A DNA stretch of 58,505 nucleotides from Parcubacteria group bacterium GW2011_GWD2_38_12 (GTDB taxonomy: Bacteria > Patescibacteriota > Minisyncoccia > GWC2-36-17), in contig LBUA01000002.1 in NCBI GenBank assembly GCA_000992345.1, forward strand, positions 5,557-64,061. The letters are read 5' to 3'. Under the pieces are notes generated by a model. That model was not told the DNA's origin and did no database searches. It saw only the letters and a program-made list of their open reading frames with translations. Each line of letters starts with the position of its first letter. The first letter of the stretch is position 1. This document shows, in pieces, positions 1-9,387 of the stretch. A program made the translations under genes and the position numbers.

Positions 1-2
1 TA

Positions 3-572
3 AAAAATCCCTTACCAACCAGATCGGAAGTGAGTGACGTTTCCAACGCCGTGCTTGATGGCACTGATGCGGTGATGCTTTCGGAGGAAACGGCAATTGG
101 AGCATATCCGCAAGAGGCGGTAAAAATGATGTCAAAAATTATTAAAGAAAGCGAAAAAATATTTCCCTTTGGTAATCTATTGCCAAATAAAAAAGAGTTT
201 GCCATCAGCGATCAGGTGACTCTGGCCATCGGCGATGGCATAAATCATATTATTAAAGATTTAGATGTGAAAGCCATTGTGGCGTTTACAGAATCGGGCT
301 GGACCAGCAAGGTTATTTCCGCTTTCAGGCCCAGCCAGCCGATATTGGCAACCTCTTCGCATATTGAAGTTTTGAGGCAATTGTCTTTGAATTTTGGCGT
401 TGTGCCTGTTAAGGCGCTATCTCTTAAATCAACCGATCAAATGGTAAGGCAGGCGAGAAATATTGCCATTAAGTCGGGACTCGTGAAGCGCGGTGATAAA
501 ATTGTTATTTCCGCCGGCATTCCTTTCGGCCATTTTGGCAGTACGAATCTGATTTTGGTGCAGGTGTTATAA
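3..572 (+). CDS. pyk: pyruvate kinase, C-terminal portion (5' end lies outside window)
   Basis: The frame is open from the window edge. It translates to [40 protein letters not shown], the conserved pyruvate kinase active-site block, followed by the C-terminal regulatory domain. Stop at 570-572. Confidence 0.85.
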   Translation, partial: KNPLPTRSEVSDVSNAVLDGTDAVMLSEETAIGAYPQEAVKMMSKIIKESEKIFPFGNLLPNKKEFAISDQVTLAIGDGINHIIKDLDVKAIVAFTESGWTSKVISAFRPSQPILATSSHIEVLRQLSLNFGVVPVKALSLKSTDQMVRQARNIAIKSGLVKRGDKIVISAGIPFGHFGSTNLILVQVL

Positions 573-747
573 AAGTTTAAAGTTGAAAGTGAAAAATTAA
601 AAAATTGCAGTAAAGAAAAACAGATTGCTCACGCAATCTGTTTTTCTAACCATTCTTTTTTGTTTGAGAAACTGCTAAAAAAATGTTAAATTATTGATAT
701 AGAATTTGAATTTTCATACTTATTTTATAGCTTTATGAATTAACTTT

Positions 748-3012
748 ATGGCTGATTTTACGAAACCATACGATCCCCAAAAAGTAGAAAATGAAATTTA
801 TAAAAAGTGGCTGGAAAGCGGCTATTTTAATCCCGATAATCTTCCAGTGGCTAAAAGTTATCCGTCAGCTGGCGGACTAAAAGCTAAAAGCTATGTCATA
901 ATGCTTCCGCCACCTAATGTTACCGGTTCGCTTCATATGGGGCATGCTCTTAATGCGACAATTCAGGACATTTTGATTAGAAAAAAAAGAATGGAAGGGT
1001 ATAAAACCCTGTGGCTTCCAGGAACGGATCATGCCGGTATTGCCACTCAGAATGTGGTGGAAAAAAAATTTAAAAAAGAAGGGATCTCACGGCACGATCT
1101 TGGCAGGGAAAAATTTTTAGAAAAAGTGTGGGAATGGAAAGAAGAGTATGGAAATAAAATTTTAGATCAATTGAAAAGAATAGGCGCTTCGTGCGATTGG
1201 TCGCGAACTCGCTTTACAATGGATGACAATTATAGAAAAGCCGTTGAAGAGGCTTTTCTGCATTATTATAAAAAGGGGCTTATTTATCAAGGCGAACGCG
1301 TTATCAATTGGTGTAAAAGATGCCAGACTTCTCTTTCGGACCTTGAACTTGAGCATGAAGAAGAAAAAGGAAAGCTATATTTTATAAAATATCCGATAGT
1401 GAAAAATTCCAAACTCCAAGATTATATAATCGTCGCGACGACGAGACCAGAGACGATGCTTGGCGATACTGCAGTGGCTGTAAATCCTAATGATGAAAGG
1501 TATAAAGATTTGGTTGGTAAAAAATTAATTTTACCGATAGTAAATCGTGAGATACCGATAATTTCCGACGATGCAATAGAAAAAGAATTTGGGACGGGTG
1601 CGGTAAAGGTGACGCCAAATCACAGCATAATTGATTCTGAGATTGCGGATCGTCATAATCTTCCAAGAGTTACCATAATAAATGCTTATGGGAAAATGAC
1701 CGATGATGCGGGTAAATATTTTGCGGGTCTTTCCACGCAAGACGCCAGAGAGAAAGTTGTTACGGAACTTGAAAAACAAAATTTAATTGAAAAAATAGAA
1801 GAGCGCGCCCATAGAGTTGCAAAATGTTATCGTTGCGCTTCCGTTATTGAGCCCCAGCCGAGTAAGCAATGGTTTCTAAAAATGAATGAGCTCGCAGAAA
1901 AAACAAAAAAAGCGATTGAGGATGGCAATGTCAGATTTAATAATGAGCGATGGAAGAAAATATCACTAGATTGGTTATCCAGTATACGCGATTGGTGCAT
2001 TTCTCGGCAGATTTGGTGGGGGCACCGACTGCCTGTTTGGTTTTGTCAAAACCAAACAGGAATTTCTAATTCTCAATTTCTAATTTCCAAACAATTTAAA
2101 AATAAAAATTTGTCCGACGAGCATTCTGTGGTGTCGATAAAGCAACCAAAGGAATGTCCTTTTTGTGATGGATGTCAAATGAAACAGTCTGAGGACGTAC
2201 TTGATACCTGGTTTTCATCGGCGTTGTGGCCGTTTGCAACTTTGGGATGGCCAGATAAAGAAACAAAAGATCTAAAAGAATTTTATCCCACTCAAGTCTT
2301 ATCTACGGCAAGAGACATAATAAATCTTTGGGTCCTGAGAATGATATTTTCAAGTATTGAATTTATGGACGGACAGATGCCGTTTGCAAAAGTAATTATT
2401 CATCCGACAGTGCTTGCAAAAAGCGGACAAAGAATGTCCAAGTCTCTCGGCACAGGAGTGGATCCCCTGGATTTAATAGAAAAATACGGGGCAGACGCCA
2501 CGCGTTTCGGATTGATTTATCAGATGATGGGCAATCAAGATATGAAGTTTGAAGAATCGCATTTGCTCGCCGGTAAAAAATTTGCCAATAAGCTTTGGAA
2601 TATCAGCCGATTTGTTTTGCAGAAAACAGGAGATAATTTTTATTATGAATTGCCGAAAGAAAACGATCCAAAAAGCGGAAATTACGATGCCCTAGACGGC
2701 CACGAAGGCGATTCTTTGTTGAAAAAATTATCAATGACTATTGAATATGCGAATAAGGATATTGATAATTTTGATTTTGGACAGGCGCTACATACGATTT
2801 ATGATTTTGTATGGCATGATTTTGCCGATAAATACATAGAAGAGTCAAAATCAAAAGATACGAATGATGTTAAGATAGTATTATCTCATACATTGATAAA
2901 TATATTAAAACTTCTTCATCCATTTATGCCATTTATCACGGAAGAAATTTGGAGTGAGTTACCCATAAAAGATAAAAAACTGCTTATTGTTTCAAATTGG
3001 TCCAATAATTAA
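748..3012 (+). CDS. valS: valine--tRNA ligase (short form, 754 aa)
   Basis: Class I aaRS signatures are present: PPPNVTGSLHMGHAL (HIGH) and QRMSKSLGTG (KMSKS). The editing-domain block TTRPETMLGDTAVAV and DVLDTWFSS are also present. Confidence 0.95.
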   Translation: MADFTKPYDPQKVENEIYKKWLESGYFNPDNLPVAKSYPSAGGLKAKSYVIMLPPPNVTGSLHMGHALNATIQDILIRKKRMEGYKTLWLPGTDHAGIATQNVVEKKFKKEGISRHDLGREKFLEKVWEWKEEYGNKILDQLKRIGASCDWSRTRFTMDDNYRKAVEEAFLHYYKKGLIYQGERVINWCKRCQTSLSDLELEHEEEKGKLYFIKYPIVKNSKLQDYIIVATTRPETMLGDTAVAVNPNDERYKDLVGKKLILPIVNREIPIISDDAIEKEFGTGAVKVTPNHSIIDSEIADRHNLPRVTIINAYGKMTDDAGKYFAGLSTQDAREKVVTELEKQNLIEKIEERAHRVAKCYRCASVIEPQPSKQWFLKMNELAEKTKKAIEDGNVRFNNERWKKISLDWLSSIRDWCISRQIWWGHRLPVWFCQNQTGISNSQFLISKQFKNKNLSDEHSVVSIKQPKECPFCDGCQMKQSEDVLDTWFSSALWPFATLGWPDKETKDLKEFYPTQVLSTARDIINLWVLRMIFSSIEFMDGQMPFAKVIIHPTVLAKSGQRMSKSLGTGVDPLDLIEKYGADATRFGLIYQMMGNQDMKFEESHLLAGKKFANKLWNISRFVLQKTGDNFYYELPKENDPKSGNYDALDGHEGDSLLKKLSMTIEYANKDIDNFDFGQALHTIYDFVWHDFADKYIEESKSKDTNDVKIVLSHTLINILKLLHPFMPFITEEIWSELPIKDKKLLIVSNWSNN

Positions 3013-3081
3013 CTCCCTAGCTCTTTAGCTCCTTAGCTCTTTAGCTATTGAGCTCTTTAGCTTTTGAGCTTTTGAGCTGTT
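3013..3081. repeat. word-like tandem repeat spacer (agctctttagct variants)
   Basis: ctccctagctctttagctccttagctctttagctattgagctctttagcttttgagcttttgagctg fills the whole valS-to-next-gene spacer. Confidence 0.7.
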
Positions 3082-3774
3082 ATGCTTCTTGCTTTCGCTT
3101 TTATCCTCGGAGTTCTCCCTAGCTTGATTTGGCTTTCGTATTATTTGAAAAGCGATATTCATCCTGAACCAAAATCGATTATTCTTGAAGTTTTTATATT
3201 GGGTATGATTTCCGGGGGAGCGGCTATGGGGCTTCAATATGCGCTGAATTATTTAGGTTCTGCGGATAAAACAATATTGGCGTTTGTGGCGGCATTTCCG
3301 GTTATTATGGTGGCGGGGTGGGCTTTCATCGAGGAGTATGTAAAGTATGCGGTTGTGAAAATTAGAATTCTTCACGACGTGGCTTTTGATGAGCCGACGG
3401 ACGCGATGATTTATATGATTTCCGCGGGCCTTGGTTTTGCGGCGATTGAAAATATTTTGTTTGTTTTGCCGGAGATTTTCAAGGGAGTGGATCAGGCGAT
3501 TTATTTTTTGTTTTTAAGATTTATCACCGCAACACTGCTTCACGCTTTGGCGTCTGGCATTATCGGATTCTTCTTCGCTTTGGCGATTATATATCACGCC
3601 AGAATAATTTTATTTTTAGGTTTTATTTTCGGCGTTGGCTTGCACACTATTTACAATTATTCTATAATGGTATCAGATTGGGGGTATGGGAATTATGTTT
3701 TGCCTTTAATTTTATTTTTAGGAATAATTTTCATAAAAATAGCATTTTTTAGATTAAGGAATAAGAGATTTTAA
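3082..3774 (+). CDS. PrsW-family intramembrane protease-like membrane protein
   Basis: Polytopic membrane protein carrying the PrsW-type motifs FIEEYVKY (EExxK), AAIENILF and HALASGIIG. Confidence 0.65.
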   Translation: MLLAFAFILGVLPSLIWLSYYLKSDIHPEPKSIILEVFILGMISGGAAMGLQYALNYLGSADKTILAFVAAFPVIMVAGWAFIEEYVKYAVVKIRILHDVAFDEPTDAMIYMISAGLGFAAIENILFVLPEIFKGVDQAIYFLFLRFITATLLHALASGIIGFFFALAIIYHARIILFLGFIFGVGLHTIYNYSIMVSDWGYGNYVLPLILFLGIIFIKIAFFRLRNKRF

Positions 3775-3963
3775 GGGCTTGCCCTAATTCAACACATAAC
3801 TTTACGCTTGCTTCATTAATTTAAAAATCTTTATCTAATAACCTTTAATAATCCTATAAATAAATTACAAACAAAACGAGTGTAAAATTATGTGCTGTGT
3901 GCTCATTGTTGTAGCTAAATTTATTTTGCTACGCAATAGCTCCTCTCATAAATTTAGACAACA

Positions 3964-4524
3964 ATGGCACAGTCTTTTTTTGATAAATTAACAGGTTCTC
4001 TTAAGATTCAATCAGGCGAATTAAAGGCCACCCCGGCGCCGTTAGCTGCCTCGTCCCTGGATGCGCATCCCCAAGTTTCCATTCCTGAAGCGCCAGTTCA
4101 ACAAACACAACAAATTTCCAAGCCTAAAATTATAGAAGAAATTGCGGAAAAACCAAAAGTAAAAGAGGAGATATTGCTTAGCGAGCATAGTGAAGTTGAG
4201 GGGCAATTGACCGTTGACGTTTATCAGACGCCGACGGAAATTGTCATTAAATCAACAATTGCCGGAGTTACGATAGATGATTTGGATATCTCTATCACCA
4301 ATGATATGGTAACTATTCGCGGAGAAAGAAAAAAAGACGAAGAAGTGAATGCCGAAGATTATTTTCATCAGGAATGTTATTGGGGGACATTTTCAAGATC
4401 CGTAATCTTACCCCTTGAGGTTGATTCGGAAAATTCCGTCGCATCGTTTAAAAATGGCATTTTGACCATTAGATTGCCCAAAATAGAAAAAGTAAAAACT
4501 AAAAAAATAAAAATTGCCGGCTAA
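3964..4524 (+). CDS. Hsp20/alpha-crystallin family small heat-shock protein
   Basis: C-terminal alpha-crystallin domain (LTVDVYQTPTEIVIKSTIAGV...VTIRGERKKD...GILTIRLPK) preceded by a low-complexity N-terminus. Confidence 0.88.
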   Translation: MAQSFFDKLTGSLKIQSGELKATPAPLAASSLDAHPQVSIPEAPVQQTQQISKPKIIEEIAEKPKVKEEILLSEHSEVEGQLTVDVYQTPTEIVIKSTIAGVTIDDLDISITNDMVTIRGERKKDEEVNAEDYFHQECYWGTFSRSVILPLEVDSENSVASFKNGILTIRLPKIEKVKTKKIKIAG

Positions 4525-4605
4525 CGATTTCACGACATAATGATTGTTTCTAAAAACTGGTCACTTTTGGCCAGTTTTTGTTTGTGTGATATTATTCTTA
4601 AATAA

Positions 4606-6285
4606 ATGATAAAACTTATTAAAAAAACACTTTTATATTTGGCAATCAGCTGCGTGTCCGTGGTTTTTTTGTCAGCTGTTTTTATTGGAGCAATTAACGC
4701 GCAAAAGATAGTTTTTGGCATAAAAATTGCCGGCATTGACGTTGGAGGCATGAATCCAAACGATGCCAGGGAGCGGCTAGAAAGGGCGGTTGACGATTTT
4801 TTGTCCCAAAAAATTATTTTAAAGATTGGAGAAAAAAGACACGAAACGACTTTTAATAATCTGGGCGTGAAATTGGATGCGGAAAAATCCGTTGAATCTG
4901 TTTTTGCAGTTGGACGGAAAGGCAATTTTTTGGTTAATTTTTATGAACAATTGGGAACCTTATTAAAAGGTAGAAATTTTGATATGATTGTTGATTTTGA
5001 CGATGAGAAGACGGAAAATTATTTGAAAAATTTTAAATCATACGAAAAAGATAGGCGCGACGCCTCGGTTTATTTTGATGATATGGCGATGGAATTTAAA
5101 GCGCAATATTCTAACAGCGGCAATATGATTGATCGCGGAAAATTGAAGAGAGATATTAAGGAGTTGGCGGGAAACCTAAATACCGGAGAAAGAATCGTGC
5201 CTTTTATAGCTGTTTATCCCGAGGCAACAGACGAAATGGCTGATGATGCCTTGGTTCGCGCCAATGATTTGTTAATCAAGCATCCGGGAATAAATCTTTT
5301 ATATAATAATAATTTTTGGCCGGTTGATAAAAAAACAATAGGAGGTTGGATTGGATTTGAGTTGTCTCGCGACAAAAATTTTTTGGATGTTCGTTTTGCC
5401 GAGGATAAAACATCGGAATATCTGACGCAAATTTCACAAAATATTAATCAAGAGCCAGTGGATGCTGTTTTAGTGCAAAAGGGAGGGAGGGTAGAGGCCT
5501 TTACGCTGTCTCGCGATGGCAGATATATCAACGTTAAAAATAGTTCCACAGAGATATTAGCGACTTTAGACGGATTGGGAAAATCAGTTGAATTGGAGAT
5601 GGACAAAGTGAAAGCGAAGATAGATACGAATGAAATTGAAAATTTGGGATTAACCTCGCTTCTTGCGACTGGGAGTAGTGATTTTTCCGGCAGTCCGTCA
5701 AATCGTGTCCATAATATAAAAATTGGCGCCGCAAAATTTAACGGCATAATGCTTGCTCCGAAGGAAGAATTTTCTTTTGTGAAAATCTTGGGAGAAGTGG
5801 GACCGGAGGAGGGTTATTTGCCCGAGCTCGTAATAAAGACTAATAAAACTGTTCCTGAATATGGAGGGGGGATTTGCCAAGTTTCCACTACTGCTTTTCG
5901 CGCGGCGATTTTGACTGGCCTTGAGATTCGCGAAAGATATCCGCACTCATTTCCAGTGAAATATTACAGTCCGCAGGGTTTTGATGCGGCGATTTATCCG
6001 CCGAGTCCGGATTTGAAATTTGTAAACGACACGCCAAGTAATCTTTTAATACAAACGAAAATAAAGGGCGCTAAATTATATTTTGAATTTTATGGCACAG
6101 ATGACGGCCGAAAAGTCGTCTTGACCGGTCCGGAAGAGTATGATAAAAACCCCGATGGTTCCATGAAGGCGAAATTGACGAGAGATATTTTTGATAAAGA
6201 TAATAATTTAATAAGGACGATTGTTTTCAGATCCAATTATAAATCGCCGGATTTATATCCGGTGGTAAGAAATCCACTTGAGTAG
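4606..6285 (+). CDS. VanW family protein (N-terminal membrane anchor)
   Basis: N-terminal TM helix. C-terminal VanW block PEYGGGICQVSTTAFRAAILTGLEIRERYPHSF. Confidence 0.85.
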   Translation: MIKLIKKTLLYLAISCVSVVFLSAVFIGAINAQKIVFGIKIAGIDVGGMNPNDARERLERAVDDFLSQKIILKIGEKRHETTFNNLGVKLDAEKSVESVFAVGRKGNFLVNFYEQLGTLLKGRNFDMIVDFDDEKTENYLKNFKSYEKDRRDASVYFDDMAMEFKAQYSNSGNMIDRGKLKRDIKELAGNLNTGERIVPFIAVYPEATDEMADDALVRANDLLIKHPGINLLYNNNFWPVDKKTIGGWIGFELSRDKNFLDVRFAEDKTSEYLTQISQNINQEPVDAVLVQKGGRVEAFTLSRDGRYINVKNSSTEILATLDGLGKSVELEMDKVKAKIDTNEIENLGLTSLLATGSSDFSGSPSNRVHNIKIGAAKFNGIMLAPKEEFSFVKILGEVGPEEGYLPELVIKTNKTVPEYGGGICQVSTTAFRAAILTGLEIRERYPHSFPVKYYSPQGFDAAIYPPSPDLKFVNDTPSNLLIQTKIKGAKLYFEFYGTDDGRKVVLTGPEEYDKNPDGSMKAKLTRDIFDKDNNLIRTIVFRSNYKSPDLYPVVRNPLE

Positions 6286-6325
6286 AAAGTTGAAAGTTAA
6301 AAGTGGAAGGTTGAAAGTAAAACAA
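6286..6325. repeat. word-like tandem repeat spacer (gaaagt/aaaagt family)
   Basis: aaagttgaaagttaaaagtggaaggttgaaagtaaaac lies directly after the VanW stop codon. It is related to 571-598 and to in-frame copies at 40577-40620, 41011-41056 and 55975-56010. Confidence 0.7.
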
Positions 6326-6330
6326 AATTT

Positions 6331-6414
6331 GCCGGGGTGGTGAAATTGGCAGACACGCCAGCCTTAGGAGCTGGTGAGGGAAACCTCGTGGGAGTTCAAA
6401 TCTCCCCTCCGGCA
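6331..6414 (+). tRNA. tRNA-Leu(UAG), type II with long variable arm, CCA not encoded
   Basis: Manual fold: acceptor gccgggg/ctccggc (one G-U pair), anticodon stem ccagc/gctgg with loop cuUAGga, T arm gggag-ttcaaat-ctccc, discriminator A. Confidence 0.88.
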
Positions 6415-6558
6415 CTTAGCGCAATAAAGGAAAACAAGAGCGAAGTAAAAATGGGGCTTCTACTTCTTTAAATCATCTCCTGAGCACAGAAATTTGACAA
6501 ATTGACATAATTTTGATATAAGATGTTTATATTCTTTGAAAACTAATGGAGGTGGATT

Positions 6559-7776
6559 GTGAGAAAGCTGGGAAAGCGAAGCTACACAAAAAGAAATGAC
6601 TTCTTGAAGTGGCTTGTTGGCAAGGCGGATGATAAGGGGATAATAGATAATCCAGTTAAGACGGCTCTTACTGATGGTTTTTTGAGGGTAACAGCGGAAC
6701 GGTTTTTGAGGATATTAATTAATGAAAAATATATTGAACCGATCGAAAATGGATTACATGGCAGAGAAAGGGATATTTTGGCGGTTAAAGTAAAGTCTAA
6801 TTGTTTATCGAAAGTTTCTGTAGTAATAAGAAGGTCGATAGTGAATAATGGTTTCGTTTCCGTTGGTTCTGATGGCGGAGTGATAGACAAGACCGCACAT
6901 AAAGAAAATATAATATCAGACATTCCTTTATCTACTGACACAATAAAAGAAAAGTATGGCGTTGTTGTAGTTTTTGATTATGACAACACTTCATTGTCTA
7001 CTATTTCCAAGAGGGGGCACGAAATAGATGTTCCCACGATGTATGACGCTGTTATCCGTTATGCGAATGATATCGGTCGTATCTTGAAAAAAGAAGCATA
7101 CATCACAACCTCTACGGAAGACAAAGATTTTGTGATTAAGAATTTTTTTAGTCTAGATAAGACTCCCGTGATTATCGTGCCGCCCCAAAAGGATGCGGCA
7201 GATGAGAAGATGATTGAAAGCATTGAATTTTCTTTGATGATACCTGAGTTAAAAGCAGTTATTATCGTAAGTGATGATAATAAGGCCTTTGGTATAAGTG
7301 ACAATAAATCGGCAGAAGATTCTGTATGTGAAAAGATTAAAAAAGCGGGTTGCGAGGCGCATATTGTGACAACGGGCTTTATATCGCCAGTGCTGGCCAG
7401 TGCGTCTACTAAAGTGGTGAATTTGTTTAATTTAATAGAAAAGATAGAGTCGCCGAAAGAAGGAGCGGTCGCCAAAAACAGATTCATTAATATAGTGAAG
7501 AAAATGAGTCTTGGAGTTTGTCCGATGACGAAAGAGGAAAAGTTTGTAATGACTTGTTTTGAAAGGGTTCGCGAGATGACTTGTGAGCCTGGGAAATGGT
7601 TTAATTTTTATCGATTATATGAAGGAGTTTGGCTGAAAATGAACGAGCAAGAGAAAAATAGTTTTAGTCTTGATGATTGTCGCTTTGCGATAGAAAGCTT
7701 GATAACAATAGGTATGATAAGGAAGGGAATGTTTTCTTTCGGATCTAAAAATTCTGTGGGTTATTTTGTGAGATAA
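6559..7776 (+). CDS. NYN (LabA/DUF88-like) domain protein with N-terminal wHTH-like and C-terminal extra domain
   Basis: GTG start 5 nt after ggaggtgg. The central region shows the NYN pattern: VVVFDYDN, PPQKDAADEKMIESI, AVIIVSDDNKAF and KKAGCEAHIVTTG. This is a family-level call from motif recall only. Confidence 0.5.
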   Translation: MRKLGKRSYTKRNDFLKWLVGKADDKGIIDNPVKTALTDGFLRVTAERFLRILINEKYIEPIENGLHGRERDILAVKVKSNCLSKVSVVIRRSIVNNGFVSVGSDGGVIDKTAHKENIISDIPLSTDTIKEKYGVVVVFDYDNTSLSTISKRGHEIDVPTMYDAVIRYANDIGRILKKEAYITTSTEDKDFVIKNFFSLDKTPVIIVPPQKDAADEKMIESIEFSLMIPELKAVIIVSDDNKAFGISDNKSAEDSVCEKIKKAGCEAHIVTTGFISPVLASASTKVVNLFNLIEKIESPKEGAVAKNRFINIVKKMSLGVCPMTKEEKFVMTCFERVREMTCEPGKWFNFYRLYEGVWLKMNEQEKNSFSLDDCRFAIESLITIGMIRKGMFSFGSKNSVGYFVR

Positions 7777-7782
7777 ATAACG

Positions 7783-7812
7783 CCCCGCTGCAAAAGCAGC
7801 GGGGATTTTTTT
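7783..7812 (+). terminator. rho-independent terminator
   Basis: ccccgctgc-aaaa-gcagcgggg followed by a T7 run, immediately after the 7776 stop. Confidence 0.85.
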
Positions 7813-7958
7813 GTTTTGACCCCGTAGTAGAACTTTGATTGTGTTCGTCGCGGCGACCGCAAAAAAGCGTTTTTTAAAAGATTAATTTTAGATTATTGGC
7901 AGTTTTTGATTAAAAAACAAATATTTCATTGATATATTGTTAAAGTTTCACTACGGGG

Positions 7959-7986
7959 TTGACAAAAACAGATAATCTGGTACAAT
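7959..7986 (+). promoter_or_regulatory. near-consensus sigma-70 promoter for the 8135 gene
   Basis: TTGACA (7959-7964), a 16-nt spacer, then TACAAT (7981-7986). Confidence 0.7.
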
Positions 7987-8134
7987 GGCATAAAATTGAT
8001 ATTTAAAAATTTAAAAGGAGGTGGAGCATGTAAAAGAGGCGATAACGATAAAGGTAGTAGCGACGGGGTGTTTTTGAGGAGTTGAAGTTAACAAAAAAAT
8101 AAGAAGCGGTCATGGTTACCGCGAGGAGGAAGAC

Positions 8135-9373
8135 ATGGAACAGGACAAGAAAGCGGAAGAAGAGAATGCAACAGCGATGAAGATAGCCATGAAAAAGGCC
8201 ATTGAGACCAGTAAGGGCAAAGGAGACCTCAACGCCTTGCCGAATATTTCCATGATAGGCGTGGTCAACTCCAGCGAGGTGATCGTTAAGGGTCCCTCGT
8301 ACGGAGAGAGAAAGGCTTGGGCAGAGAACCTGGGCAAAATGAAGGCCGAAAACGAGGCGGAGAAAACCCGTATTGAGCATGAGTGCGGCGGGGAGGTAGA
8401 GTTACTTCCCCCAGCCAAGCAGGCCATTCACAAAGCGATCAATTGCGAGCTTTCCAAGATCGTTTCTGCGATAATGACTGTGGACGACGGCCTTAAGAGC
8501 CATGTTGCCGTTGCCTATCTCATCCGTAAGGTTGAGTTAGTAACGGAAGTGGTTGTCAAAACAGGCGTCCCCGTGGGAGCGGATTTGTTCTTGCGGGATA
8601 TGGTCGCTACCAAAAGATTCAGGTATGCGACAGCTTCCGAGAAAGAGGCGCTCAAGAATAAGACCGCGCCGTCACATACAGTTGTGGGGCACGGCACGGT
8701 TATTGTGCCGCTTGAGCTGACCGCGGCCAACAAGGTCCTTGCCGAGCGCTTAATGATGCTCATTAAGACCGAGAAGGCCATCTTCAGGAGAGCAGAGAAA
8801 GACAAGGTCGCGGCAATGAAGGCCAAGGCCACAATCACTCTCTCGGAAGTTCTTGAAGGAAAGGTTCCCGCGGAAGGGCAGAAGCCCATCAAGCCTTTCA
8901 TATTTTTGTCCGCTCCCAAGAGAAAGAGGGAGGGCAGGGATAAGGAAGGAAAGCCCTATGAGGTGTGGGATCCTTCCTTTAACCTCCTTCTGGAGGTGAA
9001 GGATTACAAAACCCTCCACATCCTTGAAATACGCGGAGGAGAGAAAGTCGTTGCCGCGTACGAGAAGATGAGGAAAGACAAGCGTCACCTGCTCCTGACG
9101 TATGTAAGGGCAGGGAAGATCACCAATGCAATAGAGGGAGAAGAACTTTTTAAAGATCTCCGCCACTTCCTTGGTGATGTGCTTCGCGGTTTTGAAAATG
9201 AGGCCGTTGAAGCCAAAGATTCTGAAAAGGTCGTCCACGAGAAGGATAAAACCGGAGAGGCCATGAAGGATGTTACGGCCGAAGTGGCTGTCGCCTTCGG
9301 GGAGTCGATAAACGGGATATCCGAGGAAGTCATCAATGACGTGGTTAAAAAGGCTTCTGCCCAGGAGGCTTAA
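8135..9373 (+). CDS. hypothetical protein, Lys/Glu/Ala/Val-rich, GC-enriched orphan
   Basis: 412-aa ORF with gaggagg 5 nt upstream of the ATG, its own promoter and its own terminator. Codon style (AAG, GAG, GCC, CTC, ATC) differs from its neighbours. I recognise no family. Confidence 0.6.
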   Translation: MEQDKKAEEENATAMKIAMKKAIETSKGKGDLNALPNISMIGVVNSSEVIVKGPSYGERKAWAENLGKMKAENEAEKTRIEHECGGEVELLPPAKQAIHKAINCELSKIVSAIMTVDDGLKSHVAVAYLIRKVELVTEVVVKTGVPVGADLFLRDMVATKRFRYATASEKEALKNKTAPSHTVVGHGTVIVPLELTAANKVLAERLMMLIKTEKAIFRRAEKDKVAAMKAKATITLSEVLEGKVPAEGQKPIKPFIFLSAPKRKREGRDKEGKPYEVWDPSFNLLLEVKDYKTLHILEIRGGEKVVAAYEKMRKDKRHLLLTYVRAGKITNAIEGEELFKDLRHFLGDVLRGFENEAVEAKDSEKVVHEKDKTGEAMKDVTAEVAVAFGESINGISEEVINDVVKKASAQEA

Positions 9374-9387
9374 AAGTTACACTCAGA

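Noticed and set aside
3013-3081. Possible CRISPR array or other spacer-repeat structure among the word-like tandem repeats (also 18511-18629, 26471-26498, 33401-34104)
   Set aside because: The repeat units are 6-12 nt and directly adjacent, with no unique spacers of 25-40 nt. No cas genes are present in the window.
8003-9336. Five long minus-strand ORFs (8003-8380, 8116-8427, 8515-8919, 8750-9238, 9085-9336) antisense to the 8135-9373 gene
   Set aside because: They overlap one another in different frames, have no SD or promoter, and give low-complexity Ser/Ala/Phe-rich translations. They are the expected by-product of a GC-enriched, stop-poor sense gene. The plus-strand ORF has a promoter, an SD and a terminator.
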